From an uncultured Clostridium sp. (lineage in GTDB: Bacteria; Bacillota; Clostridia; TANB77; CAG-508): a stretch of DNA of 64,000 bases. The translations under genes were made by a program, and so were the position numbers. The notes beneath the pieces were generated by a model. The model worked only from the letters and a program-made list of their open reading frames with translations. It made no database searches and was not told the DNA's origin. Where the stretch lies: NCBI GenBank assembly GCA_947569365.1, contig CANOSM010000006.1, forward strand, positions 11,296 to 75,295, in the 5' to 3' direction. Shown one piece after another: positions 18,827 to 28,456 of the stretch; within the stretch, counting starts at the first letter, position 1, and each line of letters starts with the position of its first letter.

Positions 18827-19390
18827 TTAACTATTTAAATAATTATTTCTCAATTCTATTGAACTAATATGTATACATTTGTTCATTTTGATCATACGCT
18901 CTATTGTTCTATTTAAAAAATATAATACTGCTTTGTCTAAATTTTCTCTTGCTAGTTCTTTTCCATATTCTACTCCATCCCATATTCTATCATCTGCAGT
19001 TGAATCTGCTACATAAATAATCTTAGCTAATCTATTCATTCCTACTTTTCCAGTAGTATGATATTCAATTGCCTTTCCCATATCTTCTGTAAATCCTAAT
19101 TTCTTAATAGATATATCCTTTCCAATTTTCGCATGTAATAACTCAGGATTTTTTCTTTCTATTTCATCAATTTCAATATTATTTTTTTCACAATATTCTA
19201 TTTTTTCATCTGCTGGTATTTCTTTTGCTATATCATGTGCTATTCCTACTAAAGCAGCAATATTTTCATCTTCTTCATATATTCTTGCAAGCTCAATACT
19301 TTCATTTTTAACATTTACTGAATGTTTATATCTCTTCTCTGATAAGGTTTCTCTTATAATTTTCTCTACTTCTGAAATATTCTTCAACAT
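18827..19390 (-). CDS. yqeK: HD-domain bis(5'-nucleosyl)-tetraphosphatase, YqeK family
   Basis: RYKHSVNV...GIAHDIAKE...LLHAKIG...IEYHTTG...IIYVADS pattern of YqeK-type HD hydrolases. Confidence 0.75.
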   Translation of the reverse strand: MLKNISEVEKIIRETLSEKRYKHSVNVKNESIELARIYEEDENIAALVGIAHDIAKEIPADEKIEYCEKNNIEIDEIERKNPELLHAKIGKDISIKKLGFTEDMGKAIEYHTTGKVGMNRLAKIIYVADSTADDRIWDGVEYGKELARENLDKAVLYFLNRTIERMIKMNKCIHISSIELRNNYLNS

Positions 19391-19529
19391 TAATCCTCTT
19401 TTCTATATTATAAAATTATCATATGATTCCCAATTATAAATTGTAATGTTTGAATTGTCAATTTATATAAGATACACACAAATTTATAAATCTCATTTTA
19501 AAATATAATTAAAACACATTCTAAAAATA

Positions 19530-19560
19530 AAAGATTGAAGTAAAATAAACTCCAATCTTT
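19530..19560 (-). terminator. intrinsic terminator ending the essC-yukD-331aa unit
   Basis: The minus strand reads AAAGATTGGAG-tttattttac-TTCAATCTTT followed by a T-rich run. Confidence 0.55.
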
Positions 19561-19572
19561 ATAATAATAATT

Positions 19573-20568
19573 TTAGTAATCTAATTTCTTTAGTATAGCT
19601 ATTGCATCTTTTTGATCTGTGCTATACCCTTCTAAAGCAGTACAGAAGTTAGTTACAAGCTCGTTTAATCCTTTATCTATTTTTTCATGAAGTGCTCTAA
19701 GTGCTTCATCTATTGAACTTCTATCACTAAATCCCCAATATGATTCTGTACTTGTATTCTGGTATGCCTTCTTTATTGCTTTTCTAAATTCATCTGCAAA
19801 TGAATGAATAACATTTATCTTATTTTTGATATTTTCAGCTTCTTCTGCTAAATTTTCTTTATGACCGCCATCTGCTATAGTTGATTGTAAAATATGTCTT
19901 TTCCACTTTTGACAGTTCATTGGAGCTTCTTCCATTAATTGTGACCATGTTAGTCCCTTAAAATCCTTTTTTCCTTTATAAGTAGGATTATTTGCTAGTG
20001 CTGCTATTCTTCCTTGATAACTCTTATCCCACTTTTTAGAATTATCTTCATAATGATATTTTAACTCTCCTAATGGTACACAAACACCTAAATAAAATGC
20101 ACGACCTGCTCTTTGGCAAATTGCCTTTATTCTATCCTCTCCATCATAAGTATCATCTGAGTCTGATGCTACTATTGATAATTTTCTCATAGCTTTATCA
20201 TATTTTATTTTTCCTGATGCTCCTGCTGATGCACTTGATTGATTCCACCATTTTGCAAATACTTCTCCACTATTATCATTCCAGTATCCACCTCTACAAA
20301 CAATAGTATCTAAATAATCACCTAAGTCTATACAAGCTTTTATAGTATGATTATAAAGTTCAACTATATTATTAATTTGTGCTTTAGTAGCTGCAGCATC
20401 AGCAATCCACATCTTTCCTGATCCTCCTGTTGGTGTTCTTCCTAAGTTTCCTGATCCTCCTATTGGTGTTCCTCCTAATTTTCCTTCACTTACATTCCCT
20501 GTAGGTGCTTTCGGCCTTTTTCCTCCTTCGTCAAAGTCGAATAATGTCCATGTATCTGATTTTCCCAT
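19573..20568 (-). CDS. T7SS-linked 331-aa protein: N-terminal tandem Gly-rich repeat, WXG-like motif, helical C-terminal half
   Basis: RBS GAGAGGTAAA upstream. N-terminus GGTPIGGSGNLGRTPTGGSGK is encoded by a 33-bp tandem DNA repeat. Motif YWNDNSGEVFAKWWNQ resembles the W-x-G turn of WXG100/LXG-type substrates. Last gene of the essC unit. Confidence 0.6.
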   Translation of the reverse strand: MGKSDTWTLFDFDEGGKRPKAPTGNVSEGKLGGTPIGGSGNLGRTPTGGSGKMWIADAAATKAQINNIVELYNHTIKACIDLGDYLDTIVCRGGYWNDNSGEVFAKWWNQSSASAGASGKIKYDKAMRKLSIVASDSDDTYDGEDRIKAICQRAGRAFYLGVCVPLGELKYHYEDNSKKWDKSYQGRIAALANNPTYKGKKDFKGLTWSQLMEEAPMNCQKWKRHILQSTIADGGHKENLAEEAENIKNKINVIHSFADEFRKAIKKAYQNTSTESYWGFSDRSSIDEALRALHEKIDKGLNELVTNFCTALEGYSTDQKDAIAILKKLDY

Positions 20569-20707
20569 TATTTTACCTCTCTTCCTAAATGAAAATTTAT
20601 TTTTTATAATAACTCCATTTAATATTTTTTATTGTAATATATATATTTATTTTATACATATAATAATTTATTTAGTCAATAACTTTTATACATATTTTTG
20701 TCATTTT

Positions 20708-20974
20708 TTATACTAAAATAAGTTCTGTACCATTTTTTATTGAGGTTTCATATACTCTCATGTTTATATTATAAGCTTTAGCTGTTAACTTATTATATAA
20801 AATTGGTCTATTTTCTGGTAAATAATATCCTCCACTAAATTCACTAATCGCTTTTACCAATAAATCAATTACACTATATATTTTTCTATTAGTAGGTATC
20901 CAAATATCATATTTTTCTTCAATCTTAGGAACATATAGTTTAACTAATATCTTTTCCATACTATTCATCCTCAT
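20708..20974 (-). CDS. esaB: YukD/EsaB-family ubiquitin-like T7SS protein
   Basis: About 83-88 aa and overlaps the essC stop. The likely start is ATG at 20959 (MEKILVKLYVP), 8 nt after GAGGA. The size, beta-grasp-like alternating pattern and position after essC are typical of YukD/EsaB. Confidence 0.7.
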   Translation of the reverse strand: MRMNSMEKILVKLYVPKIEEKYDIWIPTNRKIYSVIDLLVKAISEFSGGYYLPENRPILYNKLTAKAYNINMRVYETSIKNGTELILV

Positions 20975-23900
20975 CTTCTGATTTTTCTTTCATTTCTAAT
21001 AATTTTATTAATACAGTCTTTCTATTTCTATTTAAGTAACCAAAACTACATCCACATTCGTTATATATCTCTTTTCTAGACATTTTTACTTCTATTATAT
21101 ATTGATCATCTATACCATTTCCTATCCAAAGTATATTATTTCCTGTATCATAATCTTTATACCAATCATCATAACTTCTGTCTTTTATCTTTCCTGAGTT
21201 ATCTACTATTATGAAACTGCCATTTTCATTCTCATTAACCTTTTTTACTAATCCTGAAAATTCTTCTTCACCATCTTCTAATTCATTTATAAATTTGTCA
21301 ACTCCAATGATAATACATAAAAAGAATTTATTTTTATCCTTAAATTCTCCTTTGAATTTTTCATATCTTTCTATTGCTATCTGCTTACTTCTATTATCTT
21401 TTTCATAATCTAGTATAATAATTTCCAAACCTGGTTCTTTTACAAATTTTAATTCTTCTATAATATTATTTATGTATTGTTGTGCATGCTCTAGTTCTAA
21501 TGATGTAATTATATTTATTGGATTTTCTTTAAAATTATAATTTAATATTTGAATATCTTTATTTTTTAGTCCTAATGGCACTTTGCTTAAATCAGTAATG
21601 TGCTTTTTCATATCTTCTAGTTTTAATTTTTCTGGTAATGTTTCTATTTCTGGTACTATCGAACTATCCTCTGCATTTATTCTTTCTATTTCTTCAGTTA
21701 TAAATACATTATAATCTTCTGCTGAACAAACTTTGGCACTCTGGAATTCATATACTCCTTCATCAATACAAACTAATCCTCTTCCAAATATATTTGATGG
21801 TTTTAAAAAGTTATTAGTATTAAATATTTCTGAGTATCCTAAATCGTTACTTAATAATAATGCTATTTTTTTAGGGAAGTTTTGAGATAATCTATACCTT
21901 AAATCGCTCTCATTACTTGTTATCGCCATAAACTTCATTCCATACTTTATTCCCTCTCTTGTTGCAGTAAGTAAAAATTCATCATATATATCTATATACT
22001 TTTCACTAAAGTTTTCGAATCCATTTATTATAGTTAAAATTAATGGCATTTTTTTACCACTACTTCTTAAATAAAAGTTATAATCTCCATTATATTCTGA
22101 CAAAGTCTCTTTTCTTTCTTTAAATTCTTTTTTCAACATAATGAAAAATCTGCCTATTTTTTCATAATCATTTGCTAAAATAACTTCTCCAATATGTGAG
22201 CTATTTCTAAATATTTTTAATGCTTCACTACCAAAATCTAATACATATGTCCATATATCTTCTACTGAATAATTTGATATAATATCATAAATAATTGTAC
22301 TTACTAATGTTTCTTTTCCACTGTCTGTTCTTCCATAAATAGCAACATTTGCATCCTTTGCTAAATTTATATCAACAATTCCCTGTTTTTGATTATATGG
22401 GTTATCATATTCTCCTAATGTAATATTCATTTTAGATGATTGTGGTTTAACTTTATACTTATTTTTCAGATCTTTTAAATAAATAGTATCTGGTATGTTA
22501 TCAAGCCAAAGTGGGTCCTCTTTTATATTTTCTTTTTTTGCTAGATCATACATATATTTAACAATATTCGTTAATTGATCTCCATCACTTTTTAAATTTG
22601 TTTTCGCATAATCATTTATTTCCTTTTTTATTATTCCTATATCAGAAATAAACTTTATTGAATTATCTTCTTCTCCTTTATTGACATTATTTATAAAATA
22701 CGGTGCTCCAGACCAACCAGATTGTCCTAAAGCAAAATATTCGTTATTTCCAACTTGTATATAGAAACGACCTGATTGTTTTATGTATGCAGCATCTGGT
22801 CTTTTTATTAAATCTGAACTATCTGACGTATCTTGAACTTTCAAGCAAACTGCAAACTTACTATTACTACGCATTTGATCATCAACAATACCACTTGGTT
22901 TTTGAGTTGCTAAAATAAGATGTACTCCTAAGCTACGACCAATTCTTGAAACACTTACAAGTTCATCCATAAAATCGGGTTGTTGTTGTTTAAGTTCAGC
23001 AAATTCATCACAAATAATTAACAGATGTGGTATTGGTTTATCTACAACACCATCTCTATATAATTTTTGATATTTATAAATATCAATAGTTCCTCCAGAT
23101 GTCTTATCCCTGGCTTCATTAAACAAAATTTGTCTTCTTTTAAGTTCACTATTAAAAGATGCAAGAGATCTTTTTAAATTTCCTGTATCAACATTAGTAA
23201 TAGTTCCTACTAAATGTGGTAATTTTACTTCATTTTTCTTAAATGCTCCTGCAAGTCCACCACCCTTATAATCTATAAGTACAAATGTAACATAGTCTGG
23301 ATGATAATTTAAAGCTAGAGATAATACATATGTTATTATAAATTCAGATTTTCCAGATCCTGTAGTTCCTGCAATTAATCCATGTGGTCCATGAAATTTC
23401 TCATGAATATCCAAATTAATTAATCTATTTGATGTATCAATTCCTATAGGAGCTGATAATGATAAAGTTGAATCATTATTATTCCATCTATTTTGGATAT
23501 TTAATTGTTCAACTGAGTTAACATTATACATATCTAAAAACGTATAATATTCTGGTAATTCTGCTTTTTCTATTGAATTGAATTTTATTTTTATATTAGA
23601 AATTACATTTATTATTCTATCAAAGAAAAACATATTATTCTTATCAAATTTAAACTCTTTCTTAAAATCTGATGTAGATTCACTCTTTACTACTTTTCCA
23701 GTATTTGATTTTAATTCTATAAAAGTCTCGCACTCTGTCGGTAATTCTTTAATATCATTTGCCATACATAAGATCCCAAATCCTAAATTATTATCTGATT
23801 TTAGAATTTCAGACACTATCTTTAGATTTTCTATCTTTCTATAATCATTTGTTATAATTAGATAATGCGGTACATGTCTTTTCTTATTTCCATTATTAGC

Positions 23901-25547
23901 TACATTATTATTTACTCTTTCTTTAAATTGTTCTTCTAAGTATTTTGAAACTTCATACATATCATCATAAGAATCTGCAAAAAATCTGAAATCTTTTGAA
24001 TCATTCCATACATATGGCAACATCTTAGCATATTCAAATTTACTTTTAGTATCTTCTTTTAATAAAAATACTAGTTTTAAGTCTTCATAACTTTGAAAAG
24101 CCATTAATTGTATAATTATATTCTCTATAAATTTCTTCATATTATTATTGTCTTTATCTATTATAGCAACCATGTTTTGCTCAGTAAATGAAAAAGTTAC
24201 AGGAACATTTTTTATAATCTTCATTTTGTCTACAAAATCATCTAACATATCTATTAGATCATCATTTTCCATAGCAAACTGTGCTTTCTGATATGAAACA
24301 TCTATATCAGCTGGCATATCTCCATTTCCTAAACTTACTTCCAAAAAGTCCTCATCATCACTTCTTTTTTCCCATAATCTATTTGAACGATTTAATATAA
24401 TTTTTGTACAATCTTCTGCCATTGCATAGGTTTCTATAAGAATCTCTTTTTGGTCATTTATAATATTATTTATTTCTGACTTTTTTTCTTCAAAATATTG
24501 TGTATATATTTTTCTACGCTTTTTTTCATAATCTTTCTTTACCTTTTTATCCCACTTCATGCTTAGAATTGGAATTAATAATGTCGTAAATATCATTAAT
24601 ACTGCCATTATAATTGAGATTACGCCCTGAAATCCTCTATATGTACCTGATATAACACCTTCTATTGTAGTAACAATATGAAGTATCGAAAACATTCCCA
24701 TAGAAAAAGTAGTACCAAATGTTAAAATCCATGGCATTTTATTTTCTTGTACTTTTTGTGGAGGAGGAACAATTTCCACCCTTCTATGTTCAATTTTCTT
24801 TGTTATTCTTGGTATTCTTGAAAAGTAAATTTCTGAATTTCTCTTTTTATCTATTTTTTCATCTCTATTTTCGTCTTTTTCTTCTACTTCCTCATTTTTT
24901 GTTTCATTTATACTAAAATATTTATTATTATATGTCACAGCATTTAATGGGTTATTAATAATTAAACTTTTCCCCATTATTATTATCTTTAGTCCCATTA
25001 TAAAAATAACATCACCATTAAATAGGATTTCTTTTCTTATTAATTTTCCATTAACCATTACACCATATTTCTTATCGCAGTTTTGAATCATCCATCTTCC
25101 ATTTATAAATAGCATTTTGGCATGTATGTTAGATACTAATGCATTATTATATAAAATGTGATTTGACTTTCCGCTTCCAATTAGAATTTCTGTTGTATTT
25201 TTTATGTCTAGGTGTATATAATTTTCCTCATACATTGGCATACAATAAAGTATATATATTTCGTCACTATTTTCAGAATGCATGCAATACATATTATGTT
25301 CTTTTAATGTTATTTGTTTAATTACTTTTATGTCATTATTTACACATATATTATCATTGTCTATTAGTAAACATTTTGGATTTATTATTTGCATTGATTC
25401 ATCACTGAAAACTTGGAACTCCTCTCCCTTTGCTTCAATCTTTAACAGTTTATTCTTGTTTTCGTCACAAACCCAGTATGTTCCTAATGGATTTTTAGGT
25501 AATATAGTTTTAAATATTGACTTTTTACTTATTAACATTACCTGCAT
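20961..25547 (-). CDS. essC: type VII secretion FtsK/SpoIIIE-family ATPase EssC/YukB
   Basis: 1528 aa. N-terminal FHA-like region, two TM helices, then three P-loop domains (D1 GTTGSGKSEF with LLIICDEFAEL; D2 GRTDSGKETL; degenerate D3). Confidence 0.9.
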   Translation of the reverse strand: MQVMLISKKSIFKTILPKNPLGTYWVCDENKNKLLKIEAKGEEFQVFSDESMQIINPKCLLIDNDNICVNNDIKVIKQITLKEHNMYCMHSENSDEIYILYCMPMYEENYIHLDIKNTTEILIGSGKSNHILYNNALVSNIHAKMLFINGRWMIQNCDKKYGVMVNGKLIRKEILFNGDVIFIMGLKIIIMGKSLIINNPLNAVTYNNKYFSINETKNEEVEEKDENRDEKIDKKRNSEIYFSRIPRITKKIEHRRVEIVPPPQKVQENKMPWILTFGTTFSMGMFSILHIVTTIEGVISGTYRGFQGVISIIMAVLMIFTTLLIPILSMKWDKKVKKDYEKKRRKIYTQYFEEKKSEINNIINDQKEILIETYAMAEDCTKIILNRSNRLWEKRSDDEDFLEVSLGNGDMPADIDVSYQKAQFAMENDDLIDMLDDFVDKMKIIKNVPVTFSFTEQNMVAIIDKDNNNMKKFIENIIIQLMAFQSYEDLKLVFLLKEDTKSKFEYAKMLPYVWNDSKDFRFFADSYDDMYEVSKYLEEQFKERVNNNVANNGNKKRHVPHYLIITNDYRKIENLKIVSEILKSDNNLGFGILCMANDIKELPTECETFIELKSNTGKVVKSESTSDFKKEFKFDKNNMFFFDRIINVISNIKIKFNSIEKAELPEYYTFLDMYNVNSVEQLNIQNRWNNNDSTLSLSAPIGIDTSNRLINLDIHEKFHGPHGLIAGTTGSGKSEFIITYVLSLALNYHPDYVTFVLIDYKGGGLAGAFKKNEVKLPHLVGTITNVDTGNLKRSLASFNSELKRRQILFNEARDKTSGGTIDIYKYQKLYRDGVVDKPIPHLLIICDEFAELKQQQPDFMDELVSVSRIGRSLGVHLILATQKPSGIVDDQMRSNSKFAVCLKVQDTSDSSDLIKRPDAAYIKQSGRFYIQVGNNEYFALGQSGWSGAPYFINNVNKGEEDNSIKFISDIGIIKKEINDYAKTNLKSDGDQLTNIVKYMYDLAKKENIKEDPLWLDNIPDTIYLKDLKNKYKVKPQSSKMNITLGEYDNPYNQKQGIVDINLAKDANVAIYGRTDSGKETLVSTIIYDIISNYSVEDIWTYVLDFGSEALKIFRNSSHIGEVILANDYEKIGRFFIMLKKEFKERKETLSEYNGDYNFYLRSSGKKMPLILTIINGFENFSEKYIDIYDEFLLTATREGIKYGMKFMAITSNESDLRYRLSQNFPKKIALLLSNDLGYSEIFNTNNFLKPSNIFGRGLVCIDEGVYEFQSAKVCSAEDYNVFITEEIERINAEDSSIVPEIETLPEKLKLEDMKKHITDLSKVPLGLKNKDIQILNYNFKENPINIITSLELEHAQQYINNIIEELKFVKEPGLEIIILDYEKDNRSKQIAIERYEKFKGEFKDKNKFFLCIIIGVDKFINELEDGEEEFSGLVKKVNENENGSFIIVDNSGKIKDRSYDDWYKDYDTGNNILWIGNGIDDQYIIEVKMSRKEIYNECGCSFGYLNRNRKTVLIKLLEMKEKSEDEDE

Positions 25548-25743
25548 TGAATTGCACCTTCCTCAATTGTTATATATATTTATACAATTTAATTATTATG
25601 TTTTTTATATATAAAGTCAAATAACATTTTATAATAAATAATACTTTTCTTTATAAAATACTTGCGGATGTATAATTTTCAGGTATATATTACAAATTAA
25701 TATAATTTTCATTACTTTTATATTTTTAATATAAGTATAAAAT

Positions 25744-25780
25744 AAAAAGTAGATACTTATCATTAAATATCTACTTTTTT
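25744..25780 (-). terminator. intrinsic terminator after murF-ddl
   Basis: AAAAAGTAGATA-n13-TATCTACTTTTTT, a perfect hairpin with flanking A/T runs. Confidence 0.7.
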
Positions 25781-25789
25781 ACATTGTTT

Positions 25790-28249
25790 TTAATTATTCT
25801 TTAATTCAAATTTCTCTATTTTTGCCATTTCTATTAGTCTATCTATCAAATCTTTGTATTTTATCCCAGACTCTTCAAATAATTTAGGATACATACTTAT
25901 ATTTGTAAAACCTGGTAAAGTATTTATTTCATTTAGTATTATTTTATTTGTCTTATCTTCTATAAAAAAATCTACTCTTGATAATCCCTTTCCACTTACT
26001 GCCTTAAATGCCTTTATTGCAATTCTTTTTATTTCTTTTTCTATAGATTTGTCTATATGGGCTGGTATAATAGTTCTTGATTCTTTATTTTCATATTTTG
26101 CTTCATAGCTATAAAATGTGTCTGCGGCTAGAACTTCTCCTGTACATGATGCAATTACATCATTATTTCCAAGAACAGCACATTCTATTTCTCTACCAGT
26201 AACTCCTTGTTCTATTATTATTTTATAATCATAATTAACTGCATATTTAATTCCAGAAATTAATTCTTCTGAATTTGTAGCTTTTGTTACTCCTATTGAT
26301 GATCCTGCATTCGAAGGTTTTATAAACATTGGATAATCTAAATTTTCCTCTATTATTTTAATTAAATTATCAATTAATACTTCCTTTTCATTTAATTTAT
26401 CATCAATATATAAGTATTTATCATCTATTTTCTTTATCCATATGTATTTTGCTTGTTTAATTCCTGCATTTTTTAGTATTTCTTTAGTAAACACCTTATC
26501 CATACAGATAGAAGATGATAATACTCCACAACCTACATATGGTTTTTTCATCATTTCGAATATTCCCTGCACACAACCATCTTCACCAAATGCTCCATGT
26601 AGTACTGGAAATATAACATCACAATCTTCGATTGAACTCATTAGATTTGATACTTTTTTTAAATCACACATTTCTAATTTTTCTATATTACTATTTTCTC
26701 CAATATACTCAAAAGTTTCTCCTTGTTTACTTATATATATTGTTTTTATTTTATATTTATCTTTATCTATATTATCTAATATTGACTTTCCTGATTTAAT
26801 TGATACATCATGCTCAGATGACATACCACCTATAATAACTCCAATCTTACGTTTTCCCTTTACTTGATTATATATCTCACCAAATTTCATACTATTTGAT
26901 GCTTTTAATAACACTTTATCTCCCCTTTCCATAATATTATTAAGTACATTTGCAGCTTCATTATTGTTATTACATGTATATACTTTATCTTTATTCATTC
27001 CCATATTTATAGCTTCTTTTGAAATATATTTCGCATCTTCTCCAACTGTTACTAATATATTAACTTTTTGTTTATATACTTCTTTTCCTACTTTTTCATG
27101 TAATTCTTGTGAAAATCCTCCCAATTCTTTAATATCACCAAGAACTGCTATTTTTCTTCCTTCTTTTAATGACATTAAATATTCTAATCCTGGTTTTATT
27201 GATTCATAGCTTGCGTTATAATAGTCTTTTATCAAAGTTATGTCTTTTCTAATTTTTTCGCAGTCTAGTCTATTGACAGTCATTTTAGTATTTTCTAAAC
27301 CTTCTTTAGCACTTTCTATAGAAATTCCAAGCTCTATTCCAACAGCAATAGCGGATAATGCATTCATTACGAATGGTTCTCCTGGTTTAGAAGTGTACAA
27401 TGTATATTCCCTGTTATTTTCTCTTATTTTAAATTTACTTTTATTTTCAAAATGTTCTACATCATATCCTTTTACATCCGAATTTGAGATACTACCAAAA
27501 GTCCTTGTTCTTATTTTATTATTTTTTTCATTGTTCCATTTATTAAGCAAATCATTATCATTATTTAATATAAGAATTCCATCTTTCTTCATTCCTTCTA
27601 ATATTTCCATTTTAGCTTTTAGTATATTCTCTCTTGAACCAAGAATTCCTATATGAGATGTTCCTATATTAGAAATAACTGCAATAGTAGGTTTAGCTAT
27701 GTTTGTTAATTCTCTAATTTCTCCAAAATGATTCATTCCCATTTCAACAACTAAAGCTTCATGATCCTTTAATTTTAGTATAGTCAATGGTAATCCTATA
27801 CTATTATTAAAATTACCTTCTGTTTTTAATACTTTATATTTTTGAGATATAACACTTGCAATAGCATCTTTTGTACTTGTTTTTCCAACACTTCCTGTTA
27901 TAGCAATCACTGGTATATCATATAAAGTTCTTTTATATGTTGCTAATTTTATCAAGGCTTTTCTATTATCTTTTGTCTTTACAAGTGTTAATTTTTTATT
28001 ATTATATTTTTTTATTTCTGTATCTGTTAATTTAATATCTTCTACTAGACATATTCTAGCTCCACTTTCAAAAGCTATATTACAATATAAATTCCCATTA
28101 TTTGTTTCACCTTTAATTGCTATAAAAGTATCTCCTTCTTTTATTTTCCTTGTGTCTGTTGATACATCAATAATTTCGTCATCTGCGTTTCCGAAAATGA
28201 TTTCTCCTTCAATTATCTTTAATACATCTTTAATTTTTATATTCTTCAT
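25790..28249 (-). CDS. bifunctional fusion: UDP-MurNAc-pentapeptide synthetase (MurF) fused to D-alanine--D-alanine ligase (Ddl)
   Basis: The N-terminal ~455 aa have Mur ligase motifs (ITGSVGKTSTKD, NNSIGLPLT, EMGMNHFGEI). The C-terminal ~360 aa begin KIGVIIGGMSSEHDVSIKSG and carry the ATP-grasp Ddl pattern (FPVLHGAFGEDG, FIKPSNAGSSIG, NEINTLPGFT). One uninterrupted frame. The probable start is ATG 28249, because the track start GTG at 28258 lies inside the RBS. Confidence 0.85.
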   Translation of the reverse strand: MKNIKIKDVLKIIEGEIIFGNADDEIIDVSTDTRKIKEGDTFIAIKGETNNGNLYCNIAFESGARICLVEDIKLTDTEIKKYNNKKLTLVKTKDNRKALIKLATYKRTLYDIPVIAITGSVGKTSTKDAIASVISQKYKVLKTEGNFNNSIGLPLTILKLKDHEALVVEMGMNHFGEIRELTNIAKPTIAVISNIGTSHIGILGSRENILKAKMEILEGMKKDGILILNNDNDLLNKWNNEKNNKIRTRTFGSISNSDVKGYDVEHFENKSKFKIRENNREYTLYTSKPGEPFVMNALSAIAVGIELGISIESAKEGLENTKMTVNRLDCEKIRKDITLIKDYYNASYESIKPGLEYLMSLKEGRKIAVLGDIKELGGFSQELHEKVGKEVYKQKVNILVTVGEDAKYISKEAINMGMNKDKVYTCNNNNEAANVLNNIMERGDKVLLKASNSMKFGEIYNQVKGKRKIGVIIGGMSSEHDVSIKSGKSILDNIDKDKYKIKTIYISKQGETFEYIGENSNIEKLEMCDLKKVSNLMSSIEDCDVIFPVLHGAFGEDGCVQGIFEMMKKPYVGCGVLSSSICMDKVFTKEILKNAGIKQAKYIWIKKIDDKYLYIDDKLNEKEVLIDNLIKIIEENLDYPMFIKPSNAGSSIGVTKATNSEELISGIKYAVNYDYKIIIEQGVTGREIECAVLGNNDVIASCTGEVLAADTFYSYEAKYENKESRTIIPAHIDKSIEKEIKRIAIKAFKAVSGKGLSRVDFFIEDKTNKIILNEINTLPGFTNISMYPKLFEESGIKYKDLIDRLIEMAKIEKFELKNN

Positions 28250-28342
28250 AAAAATCACCTTATTTATTTCTATGATTTGTTATATATTAATATTCACAAA
28301 TTTTTTTAATCTTATCACTTTTTTTTATTTTTGTAAAATGTT

Positions 28343-28370
28343 AAAAGGAGATGAACAATCATCTCCTTTT
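28343..28370 (-). terminator. intrinsic terminator after the giant surface protein gene
   Basis: AAAAGGAGATGA-acaa-TCATCTCCTTTT. Confidence 0.75.
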
Positions 28371-28456
28371 AAACTAGATTTTAAGTAGATTTTTGAAGAA
28401 TTCTTTTTTAGAATTTCCTTCTTAAACAATATATATTTTTTTATTGTTTACATTAA

